A stretch of DNA of 64,000 bases from Macrostomum lignano (lineage: Eukaryota): NCBI GenBank assembly GCA_002269645.1, contig NIVC01000176.1, positions 496,001-560,000 on the forward strand, given 5' to 3'. Below are positions 49,062 to 62,190 of this stretch, in pieces. The notes beneath the pieces were generated by a model. That model was not told the origin of the DNA, made no database searches, and was given only the letters and a program-made list of their open reading frames with translations. Position 1 is the stretch's first letter. Every line of letters begins with the position of its first letter. Both the position numbers and the translations under genes were made by a program.

Positions 49062-51132
49062 CATTGGATGATGCTGGATGATGCTGGATGACACTGGATG
49101 ATGCTGGATGATTCTGGATGATTCTGGATGATTCTGGATGATTCTGGATGATTCTGGATGACACTGGATGATTCTGGATGATTCTGGATGATTCTGGATG
49201 ATTCTGGATGATTCTGGATGACACTGGATGATTCTGGATGATTCTGGATGATTCTGGATGATTCTGGATGATTCTGGATGATTCTGGATGATTCTGGATG
49301 ACACTGGATGATTCTGGATGATTCTGGATGATTCTGGATGATTCTGGATGATTCTGGATGATTCTGGATGATTCTGGATGATTCTGGATGATTCTGGATG
49401 ATTCTGGATGATTCTGGATGATTCTGGATGATTCTGGATGATTCTGGATGATTCTGGATGATTCTGGATGATTCTGGATGATTCTGGATGATTCTGGATG
49501 ACACTGGATGATTCTGGATGATTCTGGATGATTCTGGATGATTCTGGATGATTCTGGATGACACTGGATGATTCTGGATGATTCTGGATGATTCTGGATG
49601 ATTCTGGATGATTCTGGATGATTCTGGATGATTCTGGATGATTCTGGATGACACTGGATGATTCTGGATGATTCTGGATGATTCTGGATGATTCTGGATG
49701 ATTCTGGATGATTCTGGATGATTCTGGATGATTCTGGATGATTCTGGATGATTCTGGATGATTCTGGATGATTCTGGATGATTCTGGATGATTCTGGATG
49801 ACACTGGATGATTCTGGATGATTCTGGATGATTCTGGATGATTCTGGATGATTCTGGATGATTCTGGATGATTCTGGATGATTCTGGATGATTCTGGATG
49901 ATTCTGGATGATTCTGGATGATTCTGGATGATTCTGGATGATTCTGGATGATTCTGGATGATTCTGGATGATTCTGGATGATTCTGGATGATTCTGGATG
50001 ACACTGGATGATTCTGGATGATTCTGGATGACATTGGATGATTCTGGATGATTCTGGATGATTCTGGATGATTCTGGATGACACTGGATGATTCTGGATG
50101 ACACTGGATGACATTGGATGATTCTGGATGACACTGGATGATTCTGGATGACACTGGATGATTCTGGATGACACTGGATGACATTGGATGATTCTGGATG
50201 ATTCTGGATGATTCTGGATGATTCTGGATGATTCTGGATGATTCTGGATGACACTGGATGACACTGGATGATTCTGGATGACACTGGATGACATTGGATG
50301 ATTCTGGATGACACTGGATGATTCTGGATGACACTGGATGATTCTGGATGACACTGGATGACATTGGATGATTCTGGATGATTCTGGATGATTCTGGATG
50401 ATTCTGGATGATTCTGGGTGATACTGGATGATGCTGGATGGCACTGGATGATTCTGGATGATTCTGGATGATTCTGGATGATTCTGGATGATTCTGGATG
50501 ATTCTGGATGATTCTGGATGATTCTGGATGATTCTGGATGATTCTGGATGATTCTGGATGATTCTGGATGATTCTGGATGATTCTGGGTGATACTGGATG
50601 ATGCTGGATGGCACTGGATGATTCTGGATGATTCTGGGTGATTCTGGATGATTCTGGATGATTCTGGATGATTCTGGATGATTCTGGATGATTCTGGGTG
50701 ATACTGGATGATTCTGGATGATTCTGGATGATTCTGGATGATTCTGGATGATTCTGGATGATTCTGGGTGATACTGGATGATGCTGGATGGCACTGGATG
50801 ATTCTGGATGATTCTGGATGATTCTGGATGATTCTGGATGATTCTGGATGATTCTGGATGATTCTGGGTGATACTGGATGATTCTGGATGATTCTGGATG
50901 ATTCTGGATGATTCTGGATGATTCTGGGTGATACTGGATGATGCTGGATGGCACTGGATGATTCTGGATGATTCTGGATGATTCTGGGTGATACTGGATG
51001 ATGCTGGATGGCACTGGATGATTCTGGATGACACTGAATGATTCTGGATGACACAATATGATGCTGGATGACACTGGATGATGCTGGATGACACTGGATG
51101 ATGCTGGATGACACAAGATGATGCTGGATGCT
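49062..51132. repeat. 10-bp satellite (ATTCTGGATG)n
   Basis: About 200 copies with ACACTGGATG, ACATTGGATG and ATACTGGATG variants. Confidence 0.99.
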
Positions 51133-51730
51133 GCATAACCGTAAGGAAATCTGTAGGCGCAAGCAATTGATGCGTAGCCCAAGTCTCCATCAACTTGATG
51201 ACTCCAGCGGGCTTATGCACGGCTGTCTGAATTGAGCGCCTGTATGCATTGAGAAACCGGTTGCCGGCTCAGATCTCCAATTAGTGGGCAAGACCATTGT
51301 TGTCTCAGCTGCCTCTCTCGCGGCTAAGCGCTTCATCGAGCTTTTTTGCTTCATCCACTAATGATCCCCCTGCCGCATGGGATCGAGAAGAGAAGTAAGA
51401 GTGGGAGTTTTATTAATCAGCCACAGTCGCTGCATCAAGTCTTGCCCATTTTCCAAACAACAGTGAAACAAAAGAAATTCTTGAACAAATCGTCTTACTG
51501 AAGTGTTGGCCTCCCTAACTTCTTCTCTTTCTTCTTTTGCTTTTGTTTCAACAATCTGAGCTCCAATTAATTTCTGTTATGAAGCTGTTGCAGAAGCCGG
51601 GCGTGCGCCGTTTGCAGCAATAAGTGGGGGGGGGGGGGCTTGCTTGCTCAGCTTTTAACAGCTTTCTTTTCCGGAGTAAAGAGACTGCATGATTGATGTT
51701 TTTAATTTTGGACTACATTCTAAGCAGTGA

Positions 51731-52510
51731 TTTAGATTAGCAATCCATTCTAATCAAAGGTATAGATTAGCAATCCATTCTAATCAAAGGCATAGATTAG
51801 CAATCCATTCTAATCCAATGTATAGATTAGCAATCCATTCTAATCAAAGGCATAGATTAGCAATCCATTCTATTCCAAGGCATAGATTAGCAATCCATTC
51901 TAATCCAATGTATAGATTAGCAATCCATTCTAATCAAAGGCATAGATTAGCAATCCATTCTAATCAAAGGCATAGATTAGCAATCCATTCTAATCCAAGG
52001 CATAGGTTAGCAATCCATTCTAATCCAAGGCATAGATTAGCAATCCATTCTAATCCAAGGCATAGATTAGCAATCCATTCTAATCCAAGGCATAGGTTAG
52101 CAATCCATTCTAATCCAAGGCATAGATTAGCAATCCATTCTAATCCAAGGCATAGGTTAGCAATCCATTCTAATCAAAGGCATAGATTAGCAATCCATTC
52201 TAATCCAATGTATAGATTAGCAATCCATTCTAATCAAAGGCATAGATTAGCAATCCATTCTAATCAAAGGCATAGATTAGCAATCCATTCTAATCCAAGG
52301 CATAGATTAGCAATCCATTCTAATCCAAGGCATAGGTTAGCAATCCATTCTAATCCAAGGCATAGATTAGCAATCCATTCTAATCCAAGGCATAGATTAG
52401 CAATCCATTCTAATCCAAGGCATAGATTAGCAATCCATTCTAATCCAAGGCATAGATTAGCAATCCATTCTAATCTAAGGCATAGATTAGCAATCCATTC
52501 TAATCCAAGG
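51731..52510. repeat. 30-bp minisatellite (TAGATTAGCAATCCATTCTAATCCAAGGCA)
   Basis: About 26 copies. Shares the 16-bp TAGATTAGCAATCCAT with the 44945-48282 array. Confidence 0.98.
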
Positions 52511-53231
52511 TGTTCTAGTCCAGCCAGAGGTATTTTTTCAAGATAGGCTAATTCTTAGAAAATATGCCACTCCATCAAAGTGCGCCGTTAGCCACTCAGC
52601 AATTACCCCAGCATCCGAGTCACGTGCCAGCCATGTCTAAGCAGATCAAGAAAGAAATTTCCGATAAATGAAGTTGACTATATATTAGCATCAGCCCCGC
52701 TCCCATCAGCCCCGCCTTGTTTAGCGCCCAAAGGAATGAAACGGATAAGTAGGGTTTTTTGAGTACCTCTCGCTAAAATCCACTTGGGTCAAAGGGCGAC
52801 TCTGTTCGTGACCATGCGACTTTGTCTTTAATAATGGCTGCTCAGAAATCTCCGCATCTGAGCTGTCTGCTTCCATTCTCTTTGCCGTCTTCTAATAGCA
52901 GATGCTGCAGACCGCGCCGTACACGCGGATGACTGAGATGGGAGGGATTTTTAAAAAATAGAGAACTGTTTGATTTGACAAAGGGGATTTCTTTGCGTGC
53001 ACGCGATCGGCCGGCGAATTAATGGGTTGTGCCATTTTTTGCTGGCGATACCCGACTGATGGATTTGGACACGAGGGCATCAGGTGCTGCGAAAGCACTG
53101 TAGATCATTTGATACGAGCATGCTGCAGGTAAAAAAATATTGTGGAGTTTTATTAGCAAATTTGACTGGGCGTGGCTCTGGAATAGGCGGGCCTGCACTC
53201 GAAATAAGCTTAATGCGTGTGTTGTCTTGTC

Positions 53232-53263
<32 letters not shown>

Positions 53264-53329
53264 AATTGATTGATTGATTGATTTATTGATTGATTGGTTG
53301 GTTGATTGATTGATTGATTGATTGGTTGG

Positions 53330-53367
<38 letters not shown>

Positions 53368-53629
53368 AATTGATTGATTGGTTGGTTGGTTGGTTGGTTA
53401 ATTGGTTGATTGATTGATACATTCATTGATTGATTGATTGATTGGTTGGTTTGGTTGGTTGGTTAATTGGTTGATTGATTGATTGATTGATTGATTGATT
53501 AATTGATTGATTGTTTAATTGGTTGACTGATTGATACATTAATTTATTGATTGACTGATTGATTGATTGATTGATTGATTAATTGATTGATTGATTGATT
53601 AATTGATTGATTGATTGATTGATTGATTA

Positions 53630-53660
<31 letters not shown>

Positions 53661-53749
53661 AATTGATTGATTGTTTAATTGGTTGACTGATTGATACATT
53701 AATTTATTGATTGACTGATTGATTGATTGATTGATTGATTGATACATTA

Positions 53750-53784
<35 letters not shown>

Positions 53785-53785
53785 C
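53232..53785. repeat. (GATT)n/(GGTT)n microsatellite
   Basis: Direct tetranucleotide repeats. Confidence 0.98.
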
Positions 53786-54979
53786 AAGGGAGACAGGGGA
53801 GACAGGCAAAAAAGAAGATAGCAGAAAACCGCTAGCACATGTATATGGAGCCCTAATTAAACAAACAAAAAGATCACCTGCTTGATTCATTAAAAAAATT
53901 AATGAGGCCCTTGGCAACCAGGATTTTAGGATATGACGATGCCGGCTAAGCTTCTGTTGCTTAATCCTCCACACTCCATCGGGATGGATAGTCACCCAAA
54001 GGATAGTCACCCCCGTCACCTTTCTCCATTGAAGTACCGAAGTCTTTGCTACGTTTATAGCAACCACGGCGCTCGGGGGATCTTGATATAATCTACCCTG
54101 AGGGGGGGGGGGCGATGTTCCCACTTGCCCAACTAATTCATGCACAGTTTGGCAGTAGCTGCCCAGCAAACTCTCGGTGTGTTGGATTTCATGCGCTTGG
54201 TGAGCGCCTCACATTTCATGTCGGATCCCGGATGCCTGCCCAAAGGGGATTTTTTCCTCTCCGATAAGGGCAGATCTCCTGGCAGGATCAGGTTTGAGCA
54301 CGGGGGGGAGGGAGATGCTTGAGACCAAAAAATATGAACAATTATCTTCTCTCATTAGCGGGAAAAGAGAGGAGATTTTGCGTGTCGGGGGTATCAATGA
54401 CCAAGGAAGTTGGGAGATGTTGAGAAATGGGTTATTTTATCCCATACAATGCTTTGCAATGCCAAAGCTTCATCAAAAGATGTCGGGAGTTGATTTCGCA
54501 TGTTTTCTGTGTCTCTCACTCTGCTGATCCTTTCTGCTGATTCCTCTGTTTGTTTGTCTGTTTTTTGTAAAAAAATATAAGAGCAAGCCGCCTGCTAATG
54601 AGAGGTGAGGGAGGTCGTTGGAATGCCCGCGGTCAGATCCCTGATGGAGCTCTTCAAGGGATGCTGCTGTGTGTTTTGAGCTTGTGCGGGGAACAAGATA
54701 GTCTTGTGGGCCGCGATGCTTTGTCTTTGACTGATCTCAGCTTGTCTGTCTGTCTGCCTGCTTGTCCGGCCATGTGTCATAATTCCCTTTGCTGCAGGAG
54801 ACACTTCTTTTTGTTATATGAGACCCCGCGTCTGCGGCTTGCTGCTGGTGTGCGGCGCAGGACATTGGTTCGAAGCTGGGACCTTAGGTAAAATCATGTA
54901 TGGTTGGGCTGGCAAGATGTTTTAGTTGTATTACAGGTGTGAATGGCTGAGATGCAGAGAGTGTATAGAGGAAGGAAGG

Positions 54980-55440
54980 AAGGGTATCTAGGGGTAGAAG
55001 GGTTATCTAGGGTCCTAGGGGTAGAAGGGTTATCTAGGGTCCTAGGGGTAGAAGGGTATCTAGAGGTAGAAGGGTATCTAGGGGTAGAAGGGTATCTAGA
55101 GGTAGAAGGGTATCTAGAGGTAGAAGGGTATCTAGGGGTAGAAGGGTATCTAGGGGTAGAATGGTTATCTAGGGTCCTAGGGGTAGAAGGGTTATCTGGG
55201 GTCCTAGGGGTAGAAGGGTTATCTAGAGGTAGAAGGGTATCTAGGGATGGAAGGGTATCTGATGGAGCTCTTGAGATTAAGGTAAGGGTAGAAGGGTATC
55301 TAGGGTCCTTAGGGGTCGAAGGGTATCTAGGGTCCTAGGGTTAGGACGGTTATCTAGGGTCCTAGGGGTAGAAGGGTATCTAGTGTAGTAGGGAATCTAA
55401 GGGTAGAAGGTATCTAGGGGTTGAAGGGTAGAAGGCTAGA
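54980..55440. repeat. 18-bp minisatellite (GGGTAGAAGGGTATCTAG)
   Basis: Degenerate tandem copies. Confidence 0.92.
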
Positions 55441-55964
55441 AGGTAGGAAGAGTTAAAAGCCTATTCAGGATAGAGTCAGAGAGGTTGAGGGGTAGCAAGG
55501 TCAGTGCGGTGTGCGCAGTGCAGAGAGCAGGTAAGTTGCCATGCACGTGATTCCATCAGACCAGGCTGCCTGCAGGCATCTCAAAGACTCGATCAGTCAG
55601 CAGGCTCAGAAGTCAGTCGGCAGCGCCTGTCTCTCCTGTTTTCAGCTTTCAGCGCTGAACTGCTCAACGCTTAAGTCGCCTTTCTTAAGCCTCTATACGC
55701 AGGCGCAGATCTATCTTTAAGAGGATTTCAGGCGCTAATGCTCGGACACGGGGATTTTGTGGACAAAAATCTGATAATTCCAGCAGCCTCCTCTCGCCCC
55801 CATCCCCCCCCCCCCAGTTCATTTTTCCTTCTACAGCTTCTCTGAAGCCGTCAGTCAGGTTTAGAGAGGCACAAGCAGAATAAAATTAGCGCAAATTTCG
55901 GGTGTCTCTTGAAAAAAGAAAGTGCAGAAAAATAGCTGGGTCACGTGACTTGCGACTCTGTGTG

Positions 55965-56275
55965 AGGTTTAGCTTAGGGTTTAGGTTTTAGGTCAGGGTT
56001 AGGTATTAGGTTAGGTCCAGCTTTTAAGTTAGGGTTAGGTTCTAGTCTATCGTTAGGTTTTAGGTTAGATATAGGTTTTAGGTTAGTTATAGGTTTTAGG
56101 TTTGATTTAGATTTTAAGTAGATATAGGTTTTAGGTTAGATATAGGTTTAGGTTAGATATAGGTTTTAGGTTAGATATAGGTTTAGGTTAGATATAGGTT
56201 TTAGGTAATGGATTAGGTTATAGGTTAAAGCTAGGTTTCTTAGGTTAGAGTCAGGTTTTAGGTTATGTTTTAGGT
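55965..56275. repeat. Degenerate TTAGG/TTAGGG-like tract
   Basis: GGTTAGG, TTAGGG and GGTTTTAGGTTAGATATA units. Confidence 0.8.
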
Positions 56276-57084
56276 CAGCAGTCCTGTTACGAAGACCATA
56301 TCAGTTTCTGCAGACCCCATTTAATTTCTTTGGAAGCCTTTTAAAAAACTTCTAAGCAGAAAATTTGATTTGTTTTAAAAATAAAGACTCAATTCTTTGC
56401 TGACTGAATCCTCAAATTCACCCGAGAGGGAAATCAGCTGTCTGTTGATATGTAGACTCAAAATTTTACTGAATTAAAACTTAAGAATCCTTATCCGTAT
56501 TGAAGACAACTTTAACAAATAAGGGAGGCTTGTAGGAGTCCCTGATCCTGGGTTGGGAGCGCCAAGGCGAGTGGAGCTGGGAGTTTAGGGAAGAAAAATA
56601 GCAGCCCCTTCCCTATTGGCTGAGAGCAGCTCCGATGACGAGAGGTTGGTCTCAACAGGCCACCCGAGTTCTCAAAGTCTTTCTGCTGCTGGTTGAGACG
56701 GCGGGGGGTGGCGGCGGCGGCGGCGCGGCGGCGGCAGGAAGGGGAAGCGAGAGACTCGCTGAGGGGATACAGAAAAATGGGAAGACAGAAAAATTGCAGG
56801 GATTTGCAGCGGAGGCGAGAGCAGGGGGAGGGGAGTCGATCAGATCAGCCACCTCAACCTCCCCCCCCCTGTCAGGCAGCCTGTAAGACTCGCAACTCTG
56901 ATTCTCCGCGAATTCATAATATTTGCTTCCTGTTACAGCAGCAACAGAAGCAGCAGCAACTGTCTTCTTTCTGCCGGATAAATTTGTAAGTGAAAAATAT
57001 TTGCTGTTTTTATAGTTGTATTTGTGTGCATGCAGCTATGCAGATTTGATCATTGGTCCATAGTTTTTAGCAGCACAACTGCCA

Positions 57085-57440
57085 ACGCTTCCGCCCCTTA
57101 ATCTTCCGCTCCTTAATCTTCCGCCCCTTAATCTTCCGCCCCTTAATCTTCCGCCCCTTAATCTTCCGCTCCTTAATCTTCCGCCCCTTAATCTTCCGCC
57201 CCTTAATCTTCCGCCCCTTAATCTTCCGCCCCTTAATCTTCCGCTCCTTAATCTTCCGCTCCTTAACCTTCCGCCCCAGATCCTTCCGCCCCGATACTTC
57301 CGCCCCGATCCTTCCGCCCCGATACTTCCGCCCCGATCCTTCCGCCCACTGGTCCTTCCGCCCCCGATCCTTCCGCCCCCGATCCTTCCGCCCCGATCCA
57401 TCCGCCCGATCCTTCCGCCCCGACCCATCCGCCCCCGAGC
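57085..57440. repeat. 14-15-bp GC-box minisatellite (CCGCCCCTTAATCTT / CCGCCCCGATCCTT)
   Basis: Tandem copies, most containing CCGCCC. Confidence 0.93.
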
Positions 57441-58721
57441 CTTCCAAACGATTTAGAATCCTTCCAAATCTCAAATTAGTCTGGCCTCCTAATTTATAGA
57501 ACGCCTGTCCTCTCATCCATCTCAGACTTTGCCAATTCACTCAGGCCTGCACGATACAGCCCGGTGGCCCTCCCGGGCGAACCCTCACCAACCTGCAGCG
57601 AAGTGTGACCTCTCCTCGCTCCGCTTGTCTTCGGTCGGGGGGGGGGCGCTGGGGCCGTGGGGGAATTTCTTCCCATAAGCTAAGAAGCTTTTTTCTTTTG
57701 CTACTCGATCGAGTCAGAGAGACCCCAGCAATTTTCTACCTAAGCTGGGAGCTCGGAGGGGGGGCTCGGTGCGGTTACTTTAAACCCCGGCACTCTTCTT
57801 GGCTGCCTCCCAGCCGCTCTATTTTAGCCTGCGAGGCCGCCTCTTGCTGCTTTTGCAGGCGGTCAGGGGGCTTTCGTGATCCGCAAAGTGAGACTTCCTT
57901 CTCAATTCTACAGCTCGCCTTCCTTTAACCCGACCTCCCAAACCCTCACTTTCCTTCTTCTTCTTCTGTGATAATCGATTCGCTGCTTCTGGTCGCGGGC
58001 GGCGATCTCTTCTTCTTCTTTTTAAGAGAGTCGCCGGTCTTCTTGAGTGGATGAAGCTGGGCCCGCCGCCAGCCTCCGCTCCTCCCACCTGCCGGACGGC
58101 GAGTCCTCAGTATAAAAACTAAAGTGGGGAATTCGTTCGAAAAGGGAAAAGGGAGAAATTTTGAGGTGGTGGGCGGGGCCGGTCCTGCCTACTTCTCTCA
58201 GGCTCTCCCCCATGGGTGAGAGACCGTCTGAGAGCGGCGGCAGGTGGGGCGGCCCTTCTTCTTCTTCTTGTGCCGAGGTTTTTGCCTGCTTTCACCTTTC
58301 AGAAACATCACGTCCCGCTTTGCTCACTCGATGCCGCCGAGGTAGCTGACAGCTTACTCGGTTTCGAGTTAGTCCGCGGTCTTTCGCTATCCCCTTCTCT
58401 AGTCGCTAATCCCCCCCAATGCACCAATAGACCATGTCTTCAATTTGAGCATGAGAAACAGACAAGTGCCGAGGGGAAGTGTCATTCACTCCTGTCGTGC
58501 GTGTTCTACGAATAGCACAAAAAATAATGTTAAAAGAAGAAGAATCGCTTCAAATCATGCTGCACTCAATCATCAGAGATTCGCTGCCGGGGTCGTGTGC
58601 CCAATATTTGCCGAGCCCCTGTGTTGTGTACATAATAGCGCTGCGCTGGCCCCGACCTTGCCGCAAATGCGTGTTTTTCTGCCGCCATGTTAAACGGATG
58701 ATATGCTGCAAATGCATGTCC

Positions 58722-59205
58722 TTTTACACATTCTACACATTCTACACATTCTATTGCACATTCTACACATTCTACTGCACATTCTACACATTCTACACAT
58801 TCTATTGCACATTCTACACATTCTACTGCACATTCTACAAATTCTACTGCACATTCTACACATTCTACTGCACATTCTACACATTCTACACATTCTACTG
58901 CACATTCTACACATTCTACTGCACATTCTACAGATTCTACACATTCTACAGCACATTCTGCTACACATTCTACACATTCTGCTACACATTCTACACATTA
59001 TGCTACACATTCTGCTACACATTCTGCTACACATTCTGCTACACATTCTGCTACACATTCTACACATTCTGCTACACATTCTACACATTCTGCTACACAT
59101 TCTGCTACACATTATGCTACACATTCTGCTACACATTCTGCTACACATTCTGCTACACATTCTGCTACACATTCTACACATTCTGCTACACATTCTACAT
59201 GCACA
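58722..59205. repeat. 9/12-bp repeat (TTCTACACA, TTCTACTGCACA, TTCTGCTACACA)
   Basis: Direct tandem copies. Confidence 0.96.
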
Positions 59206-59964
59206 ACACTACAGAAACTAATTTCACTGCACAGCGCATTCGCTGCAGATTTCTGAGCTGAAAGCAGCAACAAATAGCAGCCATTAACGGCAGAAGCAGC
59301 AGAATCCTTCCTACCCAGAGAAAAAAAACTGACAAATATTTTGAGCTAAAACGGTTAGGATTTGCAAGCAAGCGAAGGTGTCTAATAGAGAGAAGTGTTT
59401 CTAAAATCAGAATCGAGCAAGAGAGGGTTGGGGAGAGAGAGAGAGAGGCGCGAAGTGAGGACAGCAGCTGATTTTTCTGCAATAATTCTCCCATGTTCTG
59501 CTCCTAGAAGAAGAAGCATAGCAGCAGGTGAATTTCTTCTATTAGGGGGTTCAGGGTTGAAAATCGAGAGTTACGACTTTGAGTCTATTGAAGAGTTCGG
59601 TACTTTCGACTTCGAGAGCAGCTCGAGCAGAATGGGACAGACACATGGAGCCAAATCTGGTGCTAGTAGGTTTCATTCGCAATATTTTAAAGACACGCAA
59701 CAGAAACATCTGCAAAGCGTTGTGCGGGAATTCCTCTGTCAACAATTTTTTTATATATAGTGTCCGAAAATGGGGATTTGCTAGCTAAGATTAAGAGTTG
59801 GATTGCTCAGAATTATTTCAACCTGGTATTCGGCCCCCTGAAATTTGAGATTATGGCTTAATTACAGTTCGAGAGCCATTCAGGGGAGGTCAGTGGGGTC
59901 GGCTGTCCCCTAGTGCAAATTGGGGAGGTCAGTTGACAGTTTTTATTCTAACATTATACATTCA

Positions 59965-60950
59965 CAGAATTTTACACACATTCTAAGACTTCTAAACGCA
60001 TTCCAAGAAATCTCCACAGATTCTAAGAATTTAACACACATTCAAAGAAATCTACACGCATTCTAAGAAATCTACACGCATTCTAAGAAATCTACACGCA
60101 TTCTAAGAAATCTACACGCATTCTAAGAAATCTACACGCATTCTAAGAAATCTACACGCATTCTAAGAAATCTACACGCATTCTAAGAAATCTACACGCA
60201 TTCTAAGAAATCTACACACATTCTAAGAAATCTACACGCATTTTAAGAAATCTGCAAACATTCTAAGAAATCCAAACACATTCTTAGAAATCTACACGCA
60301 TTCTAAGAAATCTACACGCATTCTAAGAAATCTACACGCATTCTAAGAAATCTAAACACAGTCTAAGAAATCTACACGAATTCTAAGAAATCTACACGCA
60401 TTCTAAGAAATCTAAACACATTCCAAGAAATCTACACGCATTCTAAGAAATCTACACGCATTCTAAGAAATCTAAACACATTCTAAGAAATCTACACGCA
60501 TTCTAAGAAATCTACACACATTCTAAGAAATCTACACGCATTCTAAGAAATCTAAACACATTCCAAGAAATCTACACACATTCTAAGAAATCTACACACA
60601 TTCTAAGAAATCTACACGCATTCTAAGAAATCTAAACACATTCCAAGAAATCTACACGCATTCTAAGAAATCTACACACATTCTAAGAAATCTACACACA
60701 TTCTAAGAAATCTACACGCATTCTAAGAAATCTAAACACATTCTAAGAAATCTACACACATTCTAAGAAATCTACACACATTCTAAGAAATCTACACACA
60801 TTCTAAGAAATCTACACACATTCTAAGAAATCTACACGCATTCTAAGAAATCTAAACACATTCTAAGAAATCTAAACGCATTCTAAGAAATCTAAACACA
60901 TTCTAAGAGTTCGACACGCATTTCAAGAATTCTTCACGCATTCTAAGAAC
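59965..60950. repeat. 20-bp minisatellite (CATTCTAAGAAATCTACACG)
   Basis: About 45 copies with degenerate edges. Confidence 0.97.
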
Positions 60951-61639
60951 TCTACAAGTTAAAAATTTCTACACACAGATCTGACTAAACATTCGAAACA
61001 TTTTAGAAAAATTTAAGAATGTATACAAATTCTCCAAACTCAGTGATTTGTTAAAAGACTCAGAGCAGTATTCTCACATACGGATATATCCCACTTAATT
61101 GGTCTTTGCTGCCATCGAATCTCTATGCCTGCGTTGGAAAATCTTTCCAAGAATCGTGCCAAATCGCTACTTCAAGCAAAAAACGGTTCCTCCATCTACT
61201 GAGCAGTAACAGAGTAGGGCACGTGTTGATCTGGCCTCTCCGACTGTTTCCTTCTCCCGACTCTCCCGACTCTCAAATCCCTGATGTCGCATTCCCAAAG
61301 CCCAAGGATTTTATAGAGGCCGTGTGTCCCCAGTCAGGCAGGTATTTTACTGCAAACTCTTACCAACACACAATGCCTCTGATTCCTAGGGAAAATATCC
61401 TATTACAGAAAGCTGCGCGCTGCAGGCGATCCTGTGAGCTCCCTGAACTGAGCTGGGAAACTCAGTAATGATTGAGCTGGAGCCATGCATTGGGATCCAA
61501 AAAGCTCTACTTTTATGCTGGCGTATTTCTCCCATCCTCAGCTAAGAGACTCTTTGAGTATGCGGCTGTCTTATTCAGGGATCTTGGTATACACCTGGAC
61601 TGGAAATCGTGACTCAACTGAAGGTTATTGTAAATTTTA

Positions 61640-62190
61640 GGGTCTGTGGAGTTTAGGGTCTGTGGAGTTTAGGATCTAAAGAGTTTAGGGTCTGTGAAGT
61701 TTAGTGTCTGTGGAGTTTAGGGTCTGTGAAGTTTAGGGTCTGTGGAGTTTAGGGCCTGTGGAGTTTAGGGCCTGTGGAGTTTAGGGTTTGTGGAGTTTAC
61801 GGTCTGTGGAGTTTAGGGTCTGTGAAGTTTAGGGTCTGTGGAGTTTAGGGTCTGTGAAGTTTAGGGTTTGTGGAGTTTAGGGTCTGTGGAGTTTAGGGTC
61901 TGTGGAGTTTAGGATCTGTGGAGTTTAGGGTCTGTGGAGTTTAGGGTCTGTGAAGTTTAGGGTCTGTGGAGTTTAGGGCCTGTGGAGTTTAGGGTTTGTG
62001 GAGTTTAGGGTCTGTGGAGTTTAGGGTCTGTGAAGTTTAGGGTCTGTGGAGTTTAGGGTCTGTGAAGTTTAGGGTCTGTGGAGTTTAGGGTTTGTGAAGT
62101 TTAGGGTCTGTGGAGTTTAAGGGTTTGGGAAGTTTAGGGTCTGTGAAGTTTAAGGGTTTGGGAAGTTTAGGGTCTCTGGAGTTTAAGGGT
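61640..62190. repeat. 16-bp minisatellite containing TTTAGGG (GTTTAGGGTCTGTGGA)
   Basis: About 33 tandem copies. Confidence 0.96.

Noticed and set aside
49025-51220. Three ~710-aa ORFs (SSRIIQNHPE)n
   Set aside because: A 10-bp satellite read in three frames.
58216-58345. Signal-peptide-like stretch (AAAGGAALLLLLVPRFLPAF)
   Set aside because: It starts at GTG, the Leu run comes from a (CTT)n microsatellite, and no downstream exons were found.
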